This document shows, piece after piece, positions 44,671-54,125 of a stretch of 64,000 nucleotides of DNA; positions within the stretch are counted from its first letter, which is position 1, and every line of letters starts with the position of its first letter. This stretch comes from Polyangiales bacterium (GTDB lineage Bacteria > Myxococcota_A > Polyangia > Polyangiales > Polyangiaceae), in assembly GCA_038231275.1 (NCBI GenBank), contig JBBRLQ010000002.1, forward strand, positions 480,001 to 544,000, read 5' to 3'. The notes under the pieces are model-generated. The model did not search any database. It worked only from the letters and a program-made list of their open reading frames with translations, and was not told the origin of the DNA. Both the position numbers and the translations under genes were made by a program.

Positions 44671-47600
44671 TCAGAGCGCGGCGGAGAACGCGCGACCGAA
44701 TTCGATCGGGCTCGGCCGGTCCTTGGGCTCGCGCGCCGTCGCCGCCCGTAGCAGACGCGCGACGGAGTGCGGATAGGTGCTGAGGCGATCGGCGTCCTCG
44801 AACGGGTCGCGGCGCATGTGCGCGATGATTCGATCGCGACCGTTCTCGATCTCGTCGAAAAACGTGCGACCCGTAGTGACGTTGTAGATGGTCCCCGCGA
44901 GCGCATACACGTCGGAGCGAACGTCGAGCTCGACGGGGTCCAGCACTTGCTCGGGCGCGATGTAGCCCGCCGTGCCGGCGACGAAGCGCCCGCCGACCTC
45001 CGGCGCTACACGCGTCGCGCGCACCATTCCGAAGTCGATCACGACGGTCGCCAGCGGCGACGTGATCGCCGGATCGCGGTGCTTGTCCGGGTCGAACCGC
45101 TCCCCGCCCGCGAGAGGGAGACGCAGCCACAGGTTCGCCGGCTTGATGTCGCGATGCACGAGCCCCGCGCTGTGCAGCGCCGCGAGCCCGGCGCACGACT
45201 CGGTGACGACGTGCCGCAGCTCGAAGAGGCTCATCGGCTTCGCGCTCGCGTATTGCTTCAGGTCGGCGCCTATCAAATACTCGAGCACGAGAAACGGGAC
45301 GCCGTTCGCGACGCCGCGTTCGATGATGTTCGCGACGTTGGGGTGGTAGAGGCCAGCGAGGGCCTTGGCCTCCTCGACGAACGACGCGAGGATCCCCTCC
45401 CGCTCGGTGTCGGTCGCGTTGGCGAGCGCATCGGCCTTGGGAATCTTGAGGACGAAGTAGCGATCGGCGCCGGGCTTTCGCACGAGCCACACCGAGCCGA
45501 TGCCACCTTCACCGAGCGGCTTGATGAGCTCGTAGCCCTCGATGAGGCGCGGCTCCTTCTTCTTGGCCGACGGCGGCGGCGGCGGCGTGCGGCGAATGGC
45601 CGCGCGGATCGTGGCCTCGAGGAGCGCCGAGGTCGAGGGGCCGAGCGACGCGAACCACACATCGAGCATCGACGCCTCGCGCGCGCGGATGGCGCGGGCC
45701 ACCAGCGCGGCGACGCGTGGCGCGTTCTCGGTCGCGGCGCGGCGGAGCGAGTCGTCCGCGCTCTCCGCGCTCGCGGGGTGCAGCGCCTTCACCGGATCCG
45801 CGAGCGCGGCTTGGAGCCGATCGCCTGCGAGTACCAGCTCGAGGCACATCGCTTCCAGCGTCTGTTTGGGCCCCGCGGCGGTCTTGAAGTCGTCGAGGGC
45901 GCGCGCGAGGCCCGCGAGCGCGTGCGCCAGCTCCGTCGAGCCCGCGTGCAACGACGCCAGCGCCTCGGCCGCTGCCGGACCCCACTGCCCGTCGGCGGCT
46001 CCCGACGCGACGGTAGTGCGAAGCGTGTCGGCGCGCTCGCAGCACTGCGCGAGGGCGCCCTCTGCCATCATCGGCAACGCGGTGCCGAGCTGCTGCAACA
46101 TCGCGGGCCGATCGATGACGAGCGCCCACCACGCGGCGAACGGTCCGAGCCACTGCACGTCGTCGACCTCGCCGAGCGCGGTTCCACGCGTCGTGTCGAC
46201 GAGGCGCCAGAAGAGCGTGCTCAACGCCCCCTTGAGAGGCGCCGGCAATTCCCGCGTGCCGTCGGCGAGGCCCTGCAGCTTGCGGAGCCAGAGGCACGTG
46301 TCGTGCGCGGTGGGGCCACGTCCGGGGCCGAGATCGCTGTCCTCGCCACATGCGTCGAGCGCGTACCCGCCGAGACGCACCGCGAGCACCTCGAGCGGCA
46401 GATCATCGGCCGGATCGACGTCGGCGGCGGCGCGGCGCTCCTTGACGAGATCGAGGATCTCGGACGGCGCGCGCGCGATCTGCTTCCACGTCTCCTCGAG
46501 CGCGGGCTCCTCGACCGGATCTCCGTTTGGGCGCGTGGCCAGGAGCGGACCCCAGAGACGCAGCGCGAAGGCGCGGGCGCAGCCCTCGATCGCGTTGAAC
46601 GCGGCGGCGCGTTGGCGCAGGCGGCCGTTCCCGAGCGCGATGCGTCGCGCCTCTGCGAACGTCGTGGCGAGCGACATGGCAAAACGCGCGGCGCGAGCGT
46701 CGCCTTCCTCGTCGTCGTATTGCGCGGCGAGGCGGACGAGGTTCTCGAGCCCTAGCTCTAGATCGAGCGGATCGCGCTCGGCGCCGTCGACGCCGTCGGT
46801 GACGCTGATCACCTCGAGCCACCGGCGCGCCTCCTCGAGCGAAGACGGACGCGCCGTGCGTGCGAGCTCGCGAAGCTCGCGCATCGTCCCCTCGATCTGC
46901 GGGTTGTGGGTCCCGCGACGCCACACCGTGGACAAACCCCGTGCGAGCGCGCGCGCGGCGATCGCTCCCCCGTCGCCGATCAGGATGCGACCGGCGAGGC
47001 GATCCCACAGCTCGCGGCGCTCGAAGAAGAGGTACGGCGTCGCGGCAGCCACGGCAGCGAGCACTGCGCCGTCCTCGTCGGGAGCCTCCAAGATCGCCAC
47101 GAGCTGGCTCGCGAGGAACTTGAGCCGCTCGGCGGGGAGCGACGCGAACGCGGTGAGCGCGCGCTGCCGCAAGAGGCGTGACTCTCCGAGGACCCAGTCG
47201 AGGAGCGTCCCCTCCATCTGCTCCATCGCGCCCGTCAACCTACCGAGCGCCCGCGCCGCGTGGACCCACACGAGCGGCTCGGGGTGGAGCAGGAGCGGCT
47301 GAAGCACCTGGAGCGTGCGGCCGACGAGCTCGGGATCGGCGTCCGCTGGCATCCCGCGAACGCTCACCTCGAGGCAGCGCGCGGCGAGCACGCGCCCACG
47401 CAGCGCGCCGTGCGCGGGATCCTTGATCATCACGTCGAACGTCGCGCCCGAGCCCCAGAGCCATTTGCCGAGATCGGGCACCTCGCGCGCGCTCGCGCCG
47501 GCCTCCCAAATCAGGATCTCCAGTCGGGCGCGCGCCTCGACGTTTTCCGGAGACGCGAGGGCCGCGCCGTCTCCGAGGAGCGGCGCGCACGCGAGCGCGT

Positions 47601-48051
47601 CGCCGAGCGGCCCCTCGATGACACGACCCCGCGCGACGCTCGGCACGCGCTCGCGGAGCCTTCCGTTTTTCGCGGCCCGACGGAGGAGCGCGGCGATCTC
47701 GGCGTCGCGCCGCCACGTGCTCGCCGCGCACCACGCGAAGAGCGCCTCCGCTTCTGCACCGTCGCCCTCGAGCAAGGTGCCGAGCGCGGCGACGTCCCCT
47801 TCTGCGCGCGCGAGCTCTGCGAAGCCGTCGCCGAGATCGTTCACCGCAGCACGCAGCGCCTCCGGCAGCCCCGCGTCGCCGCCGGGCCGCCAGTGCGCCT
47901 CGAGCGCCGCCGCGAGGTCCGGGGACTCGACGAGACGGGCGCTCACGGCGGCGAGCGCAGCTTGGGCCTGCGGGGAGAGCATCGAGGGCGTCGCGCCAGA
48001 GTAACTCAGGAGCGCACGAATGGGTGGGGACGGGTCCGGCGCCTCATGCAT
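44671..48051 (-). CDS. Large protein with about 820 aa of N-terminal helical/HEAT-like region and a C-terminal Ser/Thr kinase
   Basis: GEGGIGSVW, VLKIP, HRDIKPANL, DFG, GTAGYIAPEQ and DVYAL motifs at the C-terminus. Confidence 0.88.
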   Translation of the reverse strand: MHEAPDPSPPIRALLSYSGATPSMLSPQAQAALAAVSARLVESPDLAAALEAHWRPGGDAGLPEALRAAVNDLGDGFAELARAEGDVAALGTLLEGDGAEAEALFAWCAASTWRRDAEIAALLRRAAKNGRLRERVPSVARGRVIEGPLGDALACAPLLGDGAALASPENVEARARLEILIWEAGASAREVPDLGKWLWGSGATFDVMIKDPAHGALRGRVLAARCLEVSVRGMPADADPELVGRTLQVLQPLLLHPEPLVWVHAARALGRLTGAMEQMEGTLLDWVLGESRLLRQRALTAFASLPAERLKFLASQLVAILEAPDEDGAVLAAVAAATPYLFFERRELWDRLAGRILIGDGGAIAARALARGLSTVWRRGTHNPQIEGTMRELRELARTARPSSLEEARRWLEVISVTDGVDGAERDPLDLELGLENLVRLAAQYDDEEGDARAARFAMSLATTFAEARRIALGNGRLRQRAAAFNAIEGCARAFALRLWGPLLATRPNGDPVEEPALEETWKQIARAPSEILDLVKERRAAADVDPADDLPLEVLAVRLGGYALDACGEDSDLGPGRGPTAHDTCLWLRKLQGLADGTRELPAPLKGALSTLFWRLVDTTRGTALGEVDDVQWLGPFAAWWALVIDRPAMLQQLGTALPMMAEGALAQCCERADTLRTTVASGAADGQWGPAAAEALASLHAGSTELAHALAGLARALDDFKTAAGPKQTLEAMCLELVLAGDRLQAALADPVKALHPASAESADDSLRRAATENAPRVAALVARAIRAREASMLDVWFASLGPSTSALLEATIRAAIRRTPPPPPSAKKKEPRLIEGYELIKPLGEGGIGSVWLVRKPGADRYFVLKIPKADALANATDTEREGILASFVEEAKALAGLYHPNVANIIERGVANGVPFLVLEYLIGADLKQYASAKPMSLFELRHVVTESCAGLAALHSAGLVHRDIKPANLWLRLPLAGGERFDPDKHRDPAITSPLATVVIDFGMVRATRVAPEVGGRFVAGTAGYIAPEQVLDPVELDVRSDVYALAGTIYNVTTGRTFFDEIENGRDRIIAHMRRDPFEDADRLSTYPHSVARLLRAATAREPKDRPSPIEFGRAFSAAL

Positions 48052-48111
48052 GCCTGGTGCGAGCGAGTGGGAGAGCGTTGCCGAGGCCGGCCAGGCGGCA
48101 CGTGGAAGGCG

Positions 48112-48336
48112 TCAGCCCCGGACCAGCTCCACAACGTCGGCCACGGTCAGGCGCTGCACCACGGAGTCGGGCCCCGTTTGGGGCGACACCAAGAAGCTGT
48201 AGCGGAGAACCTTCACCGCGAACTCCTGCCCGCCGCGCCCACGCACGCGAACCTCGGGGAAACCGAGCGTCGCCGGCCTTCCGAAGGTCAAGCCGGCCTC
48301 GGTCAGCGCGTCGACGAGCTCTTCCACCGGTGACAT
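48112..48336 (-). CDS. Small hypothetical protein (74 aa)
   Basis: Protein-like composition; TAGAGT -10-like box 6 nt upstream of ATG. Confidence 0.55.
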   Translation of the reverse strand: MSPVEELVDALTEAGLTFGRPATLGFPEVRVRGRGGQEFAVKVLRYSFLVSPQTGPDSVVQRLTVADVVELVRG

Positions 48337-48458
48337 GGCAGCACTCTACATCGGCCGCGATGCGCGCGCGGAGGCATTGCACGGTCGCGCTCCGCGGGCG
48401 GGCCATGACGGGCAGGAGGAGCCGTGACGGGCAGGAGGAAGGAGAGGAGGATGGGACG

Positions 48459-49949
48459 GTGGGCGAACGGGGCGTGAGGGTCTTGCTCGCAGCGGCGCTG
48501 GTCGTCGCCGCGTGCAGAAAGGGAACGGCGCCGCCGCCGCCGGGACCCGACGCGCAGAGTGGGCTACCGCCGGAGCCTCCTCCCGCGACGATGCCGCCGT
48601 GGGGCACGACCGAGCAGCTCGGCGCGTACATCGACGAGCAGGTCGGCGCGTTCGGAAAGGCGTGGGGCGACGCGTACGCGTTCCGCGGCGTCGTGGCGAT
48701 CGCGAAGGACGGCGTGCTCGTCACGACGCGCGGGTATGGCAAGGCGAACCTCCACGCCGGAGCCGTCCCCGACGAGAGCACGCGGTTTCGCGTCGGCTCG
48801 ATCACCAAGCAGATGACCGCGGCGTGCGTTCTACAGCTGGCCGAGCGCGGCAAGCTCGACGTGAGCGATCCCGTCACGAAGCATTTGCCCGACTTCCCGC
48901 GCGCGACGGGCGACGGGATCACGCTGCGTCACCTCCTCTCCCAGACGTCGGGGCTCCCGAGCTACACCGACGACGCCGCGCTCATGGCGGCGCGCGGGAC
49001 GCCCCACACGCCTGCCGAGGTGCGCGCGGTATTTCAGTCGGCGCCGCTTCATTTCGCGCCAGGAACGCGCTGGGAGTACTCCAACTCGAACTACTACCTG
49101 CTCGGCCTGGTGATCGAGAAGGTGAGCGGCGTGACGTACGAGCGCTACCTCCAGGAGCAGGTCCTCGGGCCGGCGGGGATGACGCGAACGAGCACCGTGG
49201 ATGCGCCCGACGCGCCGAACACCGCCGTTGGCTACGATCGGGACGACGACGAGAACCTCATCGTCGCCCACCCCGTCGACGCGTCGGTGCCATACGCCGC
49301 GGGGGCGCTGCGCAGCACGGCGCTCGATCTCGCGCGCTGGGATCAGGCGCTCGCGGGGACGACGGTGCTGTCCGAGGCGGCGAAGGCGAAGATGCTCACG
49401 CCGGTGCTCGATCACTACGGGTACGGCGTCGGGGTGGACGAGCTCGACGGGCACCGCCTCGTCACGCACGGCGGAGGCATCGACGGCTTCAACGCGGTGC
49501 TGATGCGCATCCCCGACGCGGGCGTCGCGATCGTCGCGCTCGCGAACGGGCCCGTGGACGCGCAGCCGATCGTCCGGGCGCTGCGCCCGTACGTGCTCGA
49601 AGGCCGGCGGACGCCTCCGAAGGTGGAGCGCCCCGTTGCGCCGATGACCGAGGCCGTGGTGGCGCGAGCGCGCGGGGAGTACGCGCTGACCGCGACGGCG
49701 CGACGCGACGTCGCGAGCCGGCTTCCGGCGAAGGAGGTCGACGCGATGGCGCGTGCCGCGGTGCGGGTTTCGTCGAATCGCCTTTATTTCAAGCCGATCG
49801 GTCAACCGGAGGAGCGCCTCTTCTCGGGAGGCGGCGATCTCCTGTTCACGAAGAGGGACGGCCTCGAGATTGTCCTCGACGCCGGCGCAGCGGCGCGCGG
49901 GTTCTCGATGACCCAGGGGGATCTGGCGCTGCGGTACGAACGGCGCTGA
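48459..49949 (+). CDS. Serine hydrolase (beta-lactamase/AmpC-like) lipoprotein; start uncertain (48406-48474)
   Basis: FRVGSITK (SxxK), LLSQTSG, YSNSNY (YxN), HGG; lipobox VAAC. Confidence 0.9.
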   Translation: MGERGVRVLLAAALVVAACRKGTAPPPPGPDAQSGLPPEPPPATMPPWGTTEQLGAYIDEQVGAFGKAWGDAYAFRGVVAIAKDGVLVTTRGYGKANLHAGAVPDESTRFRVGSITKQMTAACVLQLAERGKLDVSDPVTKHLPDFPRATGDGITLRHLLSQTSGLPSYTDDAALMAARGTPHTPAEVRAVFQSAPLHFAPGTRWEYSNSNYYLLGLVIEKVSGVTYERYLQEQVLGPAGMTRTSTVDAPDAPNTAVGYDRDDDENLIVAHPVDASVPYAAGALRSTALDLARWDQALAGTTVLSEAAKAKMLTPVLDHYGYGVGVDELDGHRLVTHGGGIDGFNAVLMRIPDAGVAIVALANGPVDAQPIVRALRPYVLEGRRTPPKVERPVAPMTEAVVARARGEYALTATARRDVASRLPAKEVDAMARAAVRVSSNRLYFKPIGQPEERLFSGGGDLLFTKRDGLEIVLDAGAAARGFSMTQGDLALRYERR

Positions 49950-50022
49950 AACGAGGCCACGTTCCGGCCCCCCGGCGTTGGCGCGCGGCCGATAGCGCGG
50001 TACCGTAGGAGTCGGAGATCGG

Positions 50023-51021
50023 ATGAACCTACGACCCTTGCTCCCCTTGCTTTCCCTCGCCTCGCTGATCGGCCTCGCGGGATGCTCCAGCAGCAGCTCG
50101 TCCCACGCGAACGGGGGCGACGCGGGAAGCGACGCCACCACCGGCCCGACGATCGACAAGGTCGCCGCCGACGTCGCGAGCGCGTACTGCGCGCGGGCGC
50201 AGGCGTGCGCGCCGGCGTTCGTGTCGATCGGCTACGGCGACGTCGCGACGTGCACGGCCACCTTCGCGGCAGACGTGACGCGCGCGTTCAAGGGAACCGG
50301 CGTTACCGAGACCCCCGCGCAGATCGCCCTGTGCGCAGCGGCCGTCCCACAGCTGTCGTGCGGCGATCTCCTCGCCCGCAGGACCGCGCCGGCGTGCAAG
50401 CCGCCCGCGGGGACCCTCGCCGACGGCGCCGCCTGCGCCGCCGACGCGCAGTGCCAGGGGACGCGATGCAAAATAGCGTTCGGCCAAGTGTGCGGCACGT
50501 GCACGACGCACGTGGCGGCCGGCGCGGCGTGCGGCGTCGACGACGACTGCGACACCGGCATGATGTGCCTCGCAGCCACGTGCGTCGCATTCGGCGACGA
50601 GAAGGCGACCTGCGACGCGACGCACCCCTGCCGCCCCGATCTCGCGTGCAACTCCGGCGCGTGCGGCGCTCCCAACGCGGTCGGCGCCGCGTGCACCGCG
50701 CCCGACCAATGCAACGCCGCGAACGGGATCGTCTGCAACCCGCAGTCGAAGAAGTGCGACACGCTCTCGCTCGGCGGCCCGCGCGCGCCGTGCGGCTTCG
50801 TCGCGGGGCACGTCGCGTCGTGCATGAGCGCGGCAGCGTGCGTCGGCGCCACCGCGCCCAAATTCCAAGGCACGTGCACCACCGCGGCGGCCCCCGGCGC
50901 CGCGTGCGACACGAGCGCCGGACCCACGTGCGGTCCCGGCGCGGCGTGCGTGTGCTCCAGCAACGTCGACGGAGGTTGTATCGGGACCTGCAAGCAGAGG
51001 GATCCCGCCGCGTGTCACTGA
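50023..51021 (+). CDS. Cys-rich lipoprotein (Dickkopf-like Cys repeats)
   Basis: Lipobox LAGC; repeated GAAC...C...C modules. Confidence 0.85.
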   Translation: MNLRPLLPLLSLASLIGLAGCSSSSSSHANGGDAGSDATTGPTIDKVAADVASAYCARAQACAPAFVSIGYGDVATCTATFAADVTRAFKGTGVTETPAQIALCAAAVPQLSCGDLLARRTAPACKPPAGTLADGAACAADAQCQGTRCKIAFGQVCGTCTTHVAAGAACGVDDDCDTGMMCLAATCVAFGDEKATCDATHPCRPDLACNSGACGAPNAVGAACTAPDQCNAANGIVCNPQSKKCDTLSLGGPRAPCGFVAGHVASCMSAAACVGATAPKFQGTCTTAAAPGAACDTSAGPTCGPGAACVCSSNVDGGCIGTCKQRDPAACH

Positions 51022-52673
51022 GGCGCGGCGCGCGGACCGCCCTCGCGCTCGCGGGGGTCGTCTACGCCGGGTGCTATTCCGCCGACGCAGGCGACGCGCC
51101 CACCGCGATCCCGACCCCCGCCGCCCCGCCCGCGGTGGGTCCCTCGCCGCTGCGAAGGCTCGGGAACGTCGAGTACCTGAACACGCTCCACGATCTCTTT
51201 CCGGCGGTGGATGTCGCGCTGCCGGCGTTGCCGGGAGACGTGCCGGTCGCCGGCTTCGAGAACGCGATCGAGGCGCAGCAGGCGTCCGACGTCCGCGTCG
51301 CGCGCTATTCGCAGATCGCCGATCTTTACGCCGAGGCGACGACGGCGAGCCTCGTCGGCGTCGGCGCGCTCGTCGGGTGCCGCGACTGGTCGTCCGACGC
51401 GCTCGCGGCGTCGTGCGCGGACTCGTTCGTGGCGACTACGGGGCGGCGCGTCTTCCGTAGACCGCTCGACGACGGCGAGAAGCAGCGCTTCACGGCGAAG
51501 TTCATGGCGTGGCGCGCGGCAGTGGATTTCGACGCGGCGGTGCAGCTCACGCTCTCGACGTGGCTCCAGTCTCCCCAGTTCCTCTACCGCGTCGAGCCGC
51601 CGCCGAGAGGTGCGCCCGTGGGGACGATCGTTCCCGTGGACGCGTACCCCCTGGCGAGCCGCCTCTCCTTCTTCTTGTGGGAGAGCACGCCGGACGACGC
51701 GCTCCTCGACGCCGCCGATCGCGGCGAGCTCGCGACAGGCACGCAGGTGCGCGCGCAGGCCGAGCGGATGCTCGCGGACCCGCGGGCGCGGCGATCGCTG
51801 TGGGGCTTCCATCGGCAGTGGCTGGGGCTCGATCGCATCCTGCAAGACGAGCACACGCAGCGCACCGCCGAGGTGGACCCTGCGTGGACCGCCGCCACGC
51901 AGCTCTCCGCCGCGCGCGAGTCGCAAATCTTCGTCGAGAACGTCCTCGCGCAAGGGGGCACGCTCCGCGATCTGTTCACGAGCCGCCGCGCGTGGGTCGA
52001 CGGCGAGATGGCGCGCGTCTACGGCGTCGCCGCGCCCCCGAGCGGCGCGTGGGTCGAGACCACGTTGCCGGAGGGGGAGCGGGCCGGCCTCTTCACGCGC
52101 GCGGCGTTTTTGGCGGGATTTTCGCATCGCGGCGCGACGTCGCCTCCGGTGCGCGGCAACGGCGTTCAGTTGCGCCTCCTCTGTCAGCTCCCGGTCTCGC
52201 CGCCGCCCGGCGTCGATCTCTCGCAGCCCACCGCCGCGCCCGGCGATGGCCCGCAGACCAACCGCATGCTGTTCGAGGCGCGCACGCAACCTTCGGCGTG
52301 CCAGAGCTGCCACGCCGGCCTCAACGGCTTCGGCTTCGGCCTCGAGAGCTACGATGCCGCGGGGCACTTCCACGCCTCCGAGGTCGGCCTCCCGATCGAC
52401 GCGAGCGGCGTGATCCACGGCACCGACGTCGACGGCCCGTTCCGCGGCGGCGTCGAGCTGTCGGCGGCCCTCGCCAAAAGCGCCGTCGTGCACCGCTGCG
52501 CGACCGAGCGTCTCGTTCGCTACGCGCTCGGGCGCGCGCCGGCCGACGTCGAAGAGCCCGCGGTCACCGCGCTCGCGAAGACGTTCACGGCGAGCGGCGG
52601 CGACGTGCGCGCGCTCCTCCTCGGCGTCGCGACGTCGGAGTCCTTCCGCCTTCGCCGCGTGGAGGCGGACTGA
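51012..52673 (+). CDS. DUF1592/DUF1588/DUF1595/DUF1587/DUF1585 domain lipoprotein with a CxxCH motif
   Basis: LRRLGNVEYLNTLHDL, FRRPL, SPQFLYR, LASRLSFFLW..PDD.L, TSPPVRG, CQSCH, GFGLESYD. Confidence 0.9.
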   Translation: MSLRRGARTALALAGVVYAGCYSADAGDAPTAIPTPAAPPAVGPSPLRRLGNVEYLNTLHDLFPAVDVALPALPGDVPVAGFENAIEAQQASDVRVARYSQIADLYAEATTASLVGVGALVGCRDWSSDALAASCADSFVATTGRRVFRRPLDDGEKQRFTAKFMAWRAAVDFDAAVQLTLSTWLQSPQFLYRVEPPPRGAPVGTIVPVDAYPLASRLSFFLWESTPDDALLDAADRGELATGTQVRAQAERMLADPRARRSLWGFHRQWLGLDRILQDEHTQRTAEVDPAWTAATQLSAARESQIFVENVLAQGGTLRDLFTSRRAWVDGEMARVYGVAAPPSGAWVETTLPEGERAGLFTRAAFLAGFSHRGATSPPVRGNGVQLRLLCQLPVSPPPGVDLSQPTAAPGDGPQTNRMLFEARTQPSACQSCHAGLNGFGFGLESYDAAGHFHASEVGLPIDASGVIHGTDVDGPFRGGVELSAALAKSAVVHRCATERLVRYALGRAPADVEEPAVTALAKTFTASGGDVRALLLGVATSESFRLRRVEAD

Positions 52674-52674
52674 G

Positions 52675-54111
52675 ATGAGGCTCCACCGCCGTCAGCTCCT
52701 CCAGGCACTCGGACTCGGCGCCGCCGGGACGCTCCTCCCGCACGGCACCGGCGCGCACGCGGGCGGGACGAGCACGCCGTCGCGCATCGTCTTCTACGTG
52801 CAGCCGCACGGACACATCCCGAACGCGTGGAAGATGGACGTTCCCGGCGGCCCCACCGATCGCGTCGCCGTCCGCGCGCTCGCCGGCCTCGCGCCCGCCG
52901 ACATGTCGCCGACGCTGCGGCCGCTCCATCCGTTCCGCGATCGCCTCCTCGCGGTCGAAGGGCTCTCGCACACCGCGGCGCTCGCCGACATTGCCGCGGT
53001 CATGAAGACCGGCGGCGATCTCAACAACCACCAGATCGGCGTCGCCGACGTGCTCACCGGCGCTCGCGCTCTGCAGCGCGCCGGCACGTACTGCACCGGC
53101 GGCGCGCGCACGATCGATCAAGAGCTCGCCGTGCGCCTCGCCGCCCCCGGCCGGTTCGACTCGCGCGTCTATGGCTTCGACTACGTGCCCAACTCGGTGG
53201 CGTCGCCGTTCTCTTACCTCGCGGCTGGCAAGGCGACGCCGATGGTGTCCGATCCGACGACTGCGTTCGCCGATCTCCTCGGCTACCGTCCCCCAACGCC
53301 GGCGCCGACGTCGCGCGCCGAGCTCTTGCGATCGATGCGCCCCTCGGTCCTCGGCGCCGCCGCGAGGGAGTACGAGCTCCTCGCGCCGCGGCTCGGAGCA
53401 GAGGGACGGCAGAAGCTCGAGCAGCACCAGGCGCTCGTCCGCGAGCTCGAGGTGAGCCTCGGATCGCTCGGCGCAGCGCCCAAGTGCGACGCCACATTCG
53501 AGCCGAGCGGGCACGTCGTCCGTCAGTTCATGCGCCTCGTCCGCCTCGCGTTCGCCTGCGATTTGACCCGGATCGTGACGTTCGCGGCCCCCGTCCCGCA
53601 GTGCCCCGAGCTCGGGTACCCCGCCGACGTCACGTTCCACGGATACGGCCACCAGTCGATCCAGGGCATGACGTCGTGCGGCCAGACGTACAGCCCGATC
53701 GCCGAGCGCGCGATGATCGATCTCGACGCCTGGCACGCTGCGCACGTCGCGTACCTGCTCCAGGAGCTCGACTCCGTCATCGAGGGCGACGGCACGCTCC
53801 TCGATCACACGGTCGTCGTATGGGTGACCGAGCTCGCGACGCCGACGCATCAGCATGACGACGCGCACGTGGTCCTCGCGGGAGGATGCAACGGCTTCTT
53901 CGACACCGGTCGCTACGTGCGGTATCCGCGCACGATGCCGAATCCGCTGGCGAGCCAGCCCTTGACCGGCCCCGCGCACAATCGACTCCTCGCCACGCTG
54001 ATGCAAGCGATGGGTCAGCCGGACACGACCTTCGGGATGACCGACGCCGTGGCCGCGGACGGCACCGCGCTGTCGCTGCGCGGTCTGCTCGACGAGCTGA
54101 AGCGCGCGTAG
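52675..54111 (+). CDS. DUF1552 family Tat-exported protein
   Basis: RRQLL Tat motif, TIDQELA, KLEQH...RELE, AFACDLTRI, HGYGH, GTLLDHT. Confidence 0.9.
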   Translation: MRLHRRQLLQALGLGAAGTLLPHGTGAHAGGTSTPSRIVFYVQPHGHIPNAWKMDVPGGPTDRVAVRALAGLAPADMSPTLRPLHPFRDRLLAVEGLSHTAALADIAAVMKTGGDLNNHQIGVADVLTGARALQRAGTYCTGGARTIDQELAVRLAAPGRFDSRVYGFDYVPNSVASPFSYLAAGKATPMVSDPTTAFADLLGYRPPTPAPTSRAELLRSMRPSVLGAAAREYELLAPRLGAEGRQKLEQHQALVRELEVSLGSLGAAPKCDATFEPSGHVVRQFMRLVRLAFACDLTRIVTFAAPVPQCPELGYPADVTFHGYGHQSIQGMTSCGQTYSPIAERAMIDLDAWHAAHVAYLLQELDSVIEGDGTLLDHTVVVWVTELATPTHQHDDAHVVLAGGCNGFFDTGRYVRYPRTMPNPLASQPLTGPAHNRLLATLMQAMGQPDTTFGMTDAVAADGTALSLRGLLDELKRA

Positions 54112-54125
54112 GCCGTCGCCAAAAG

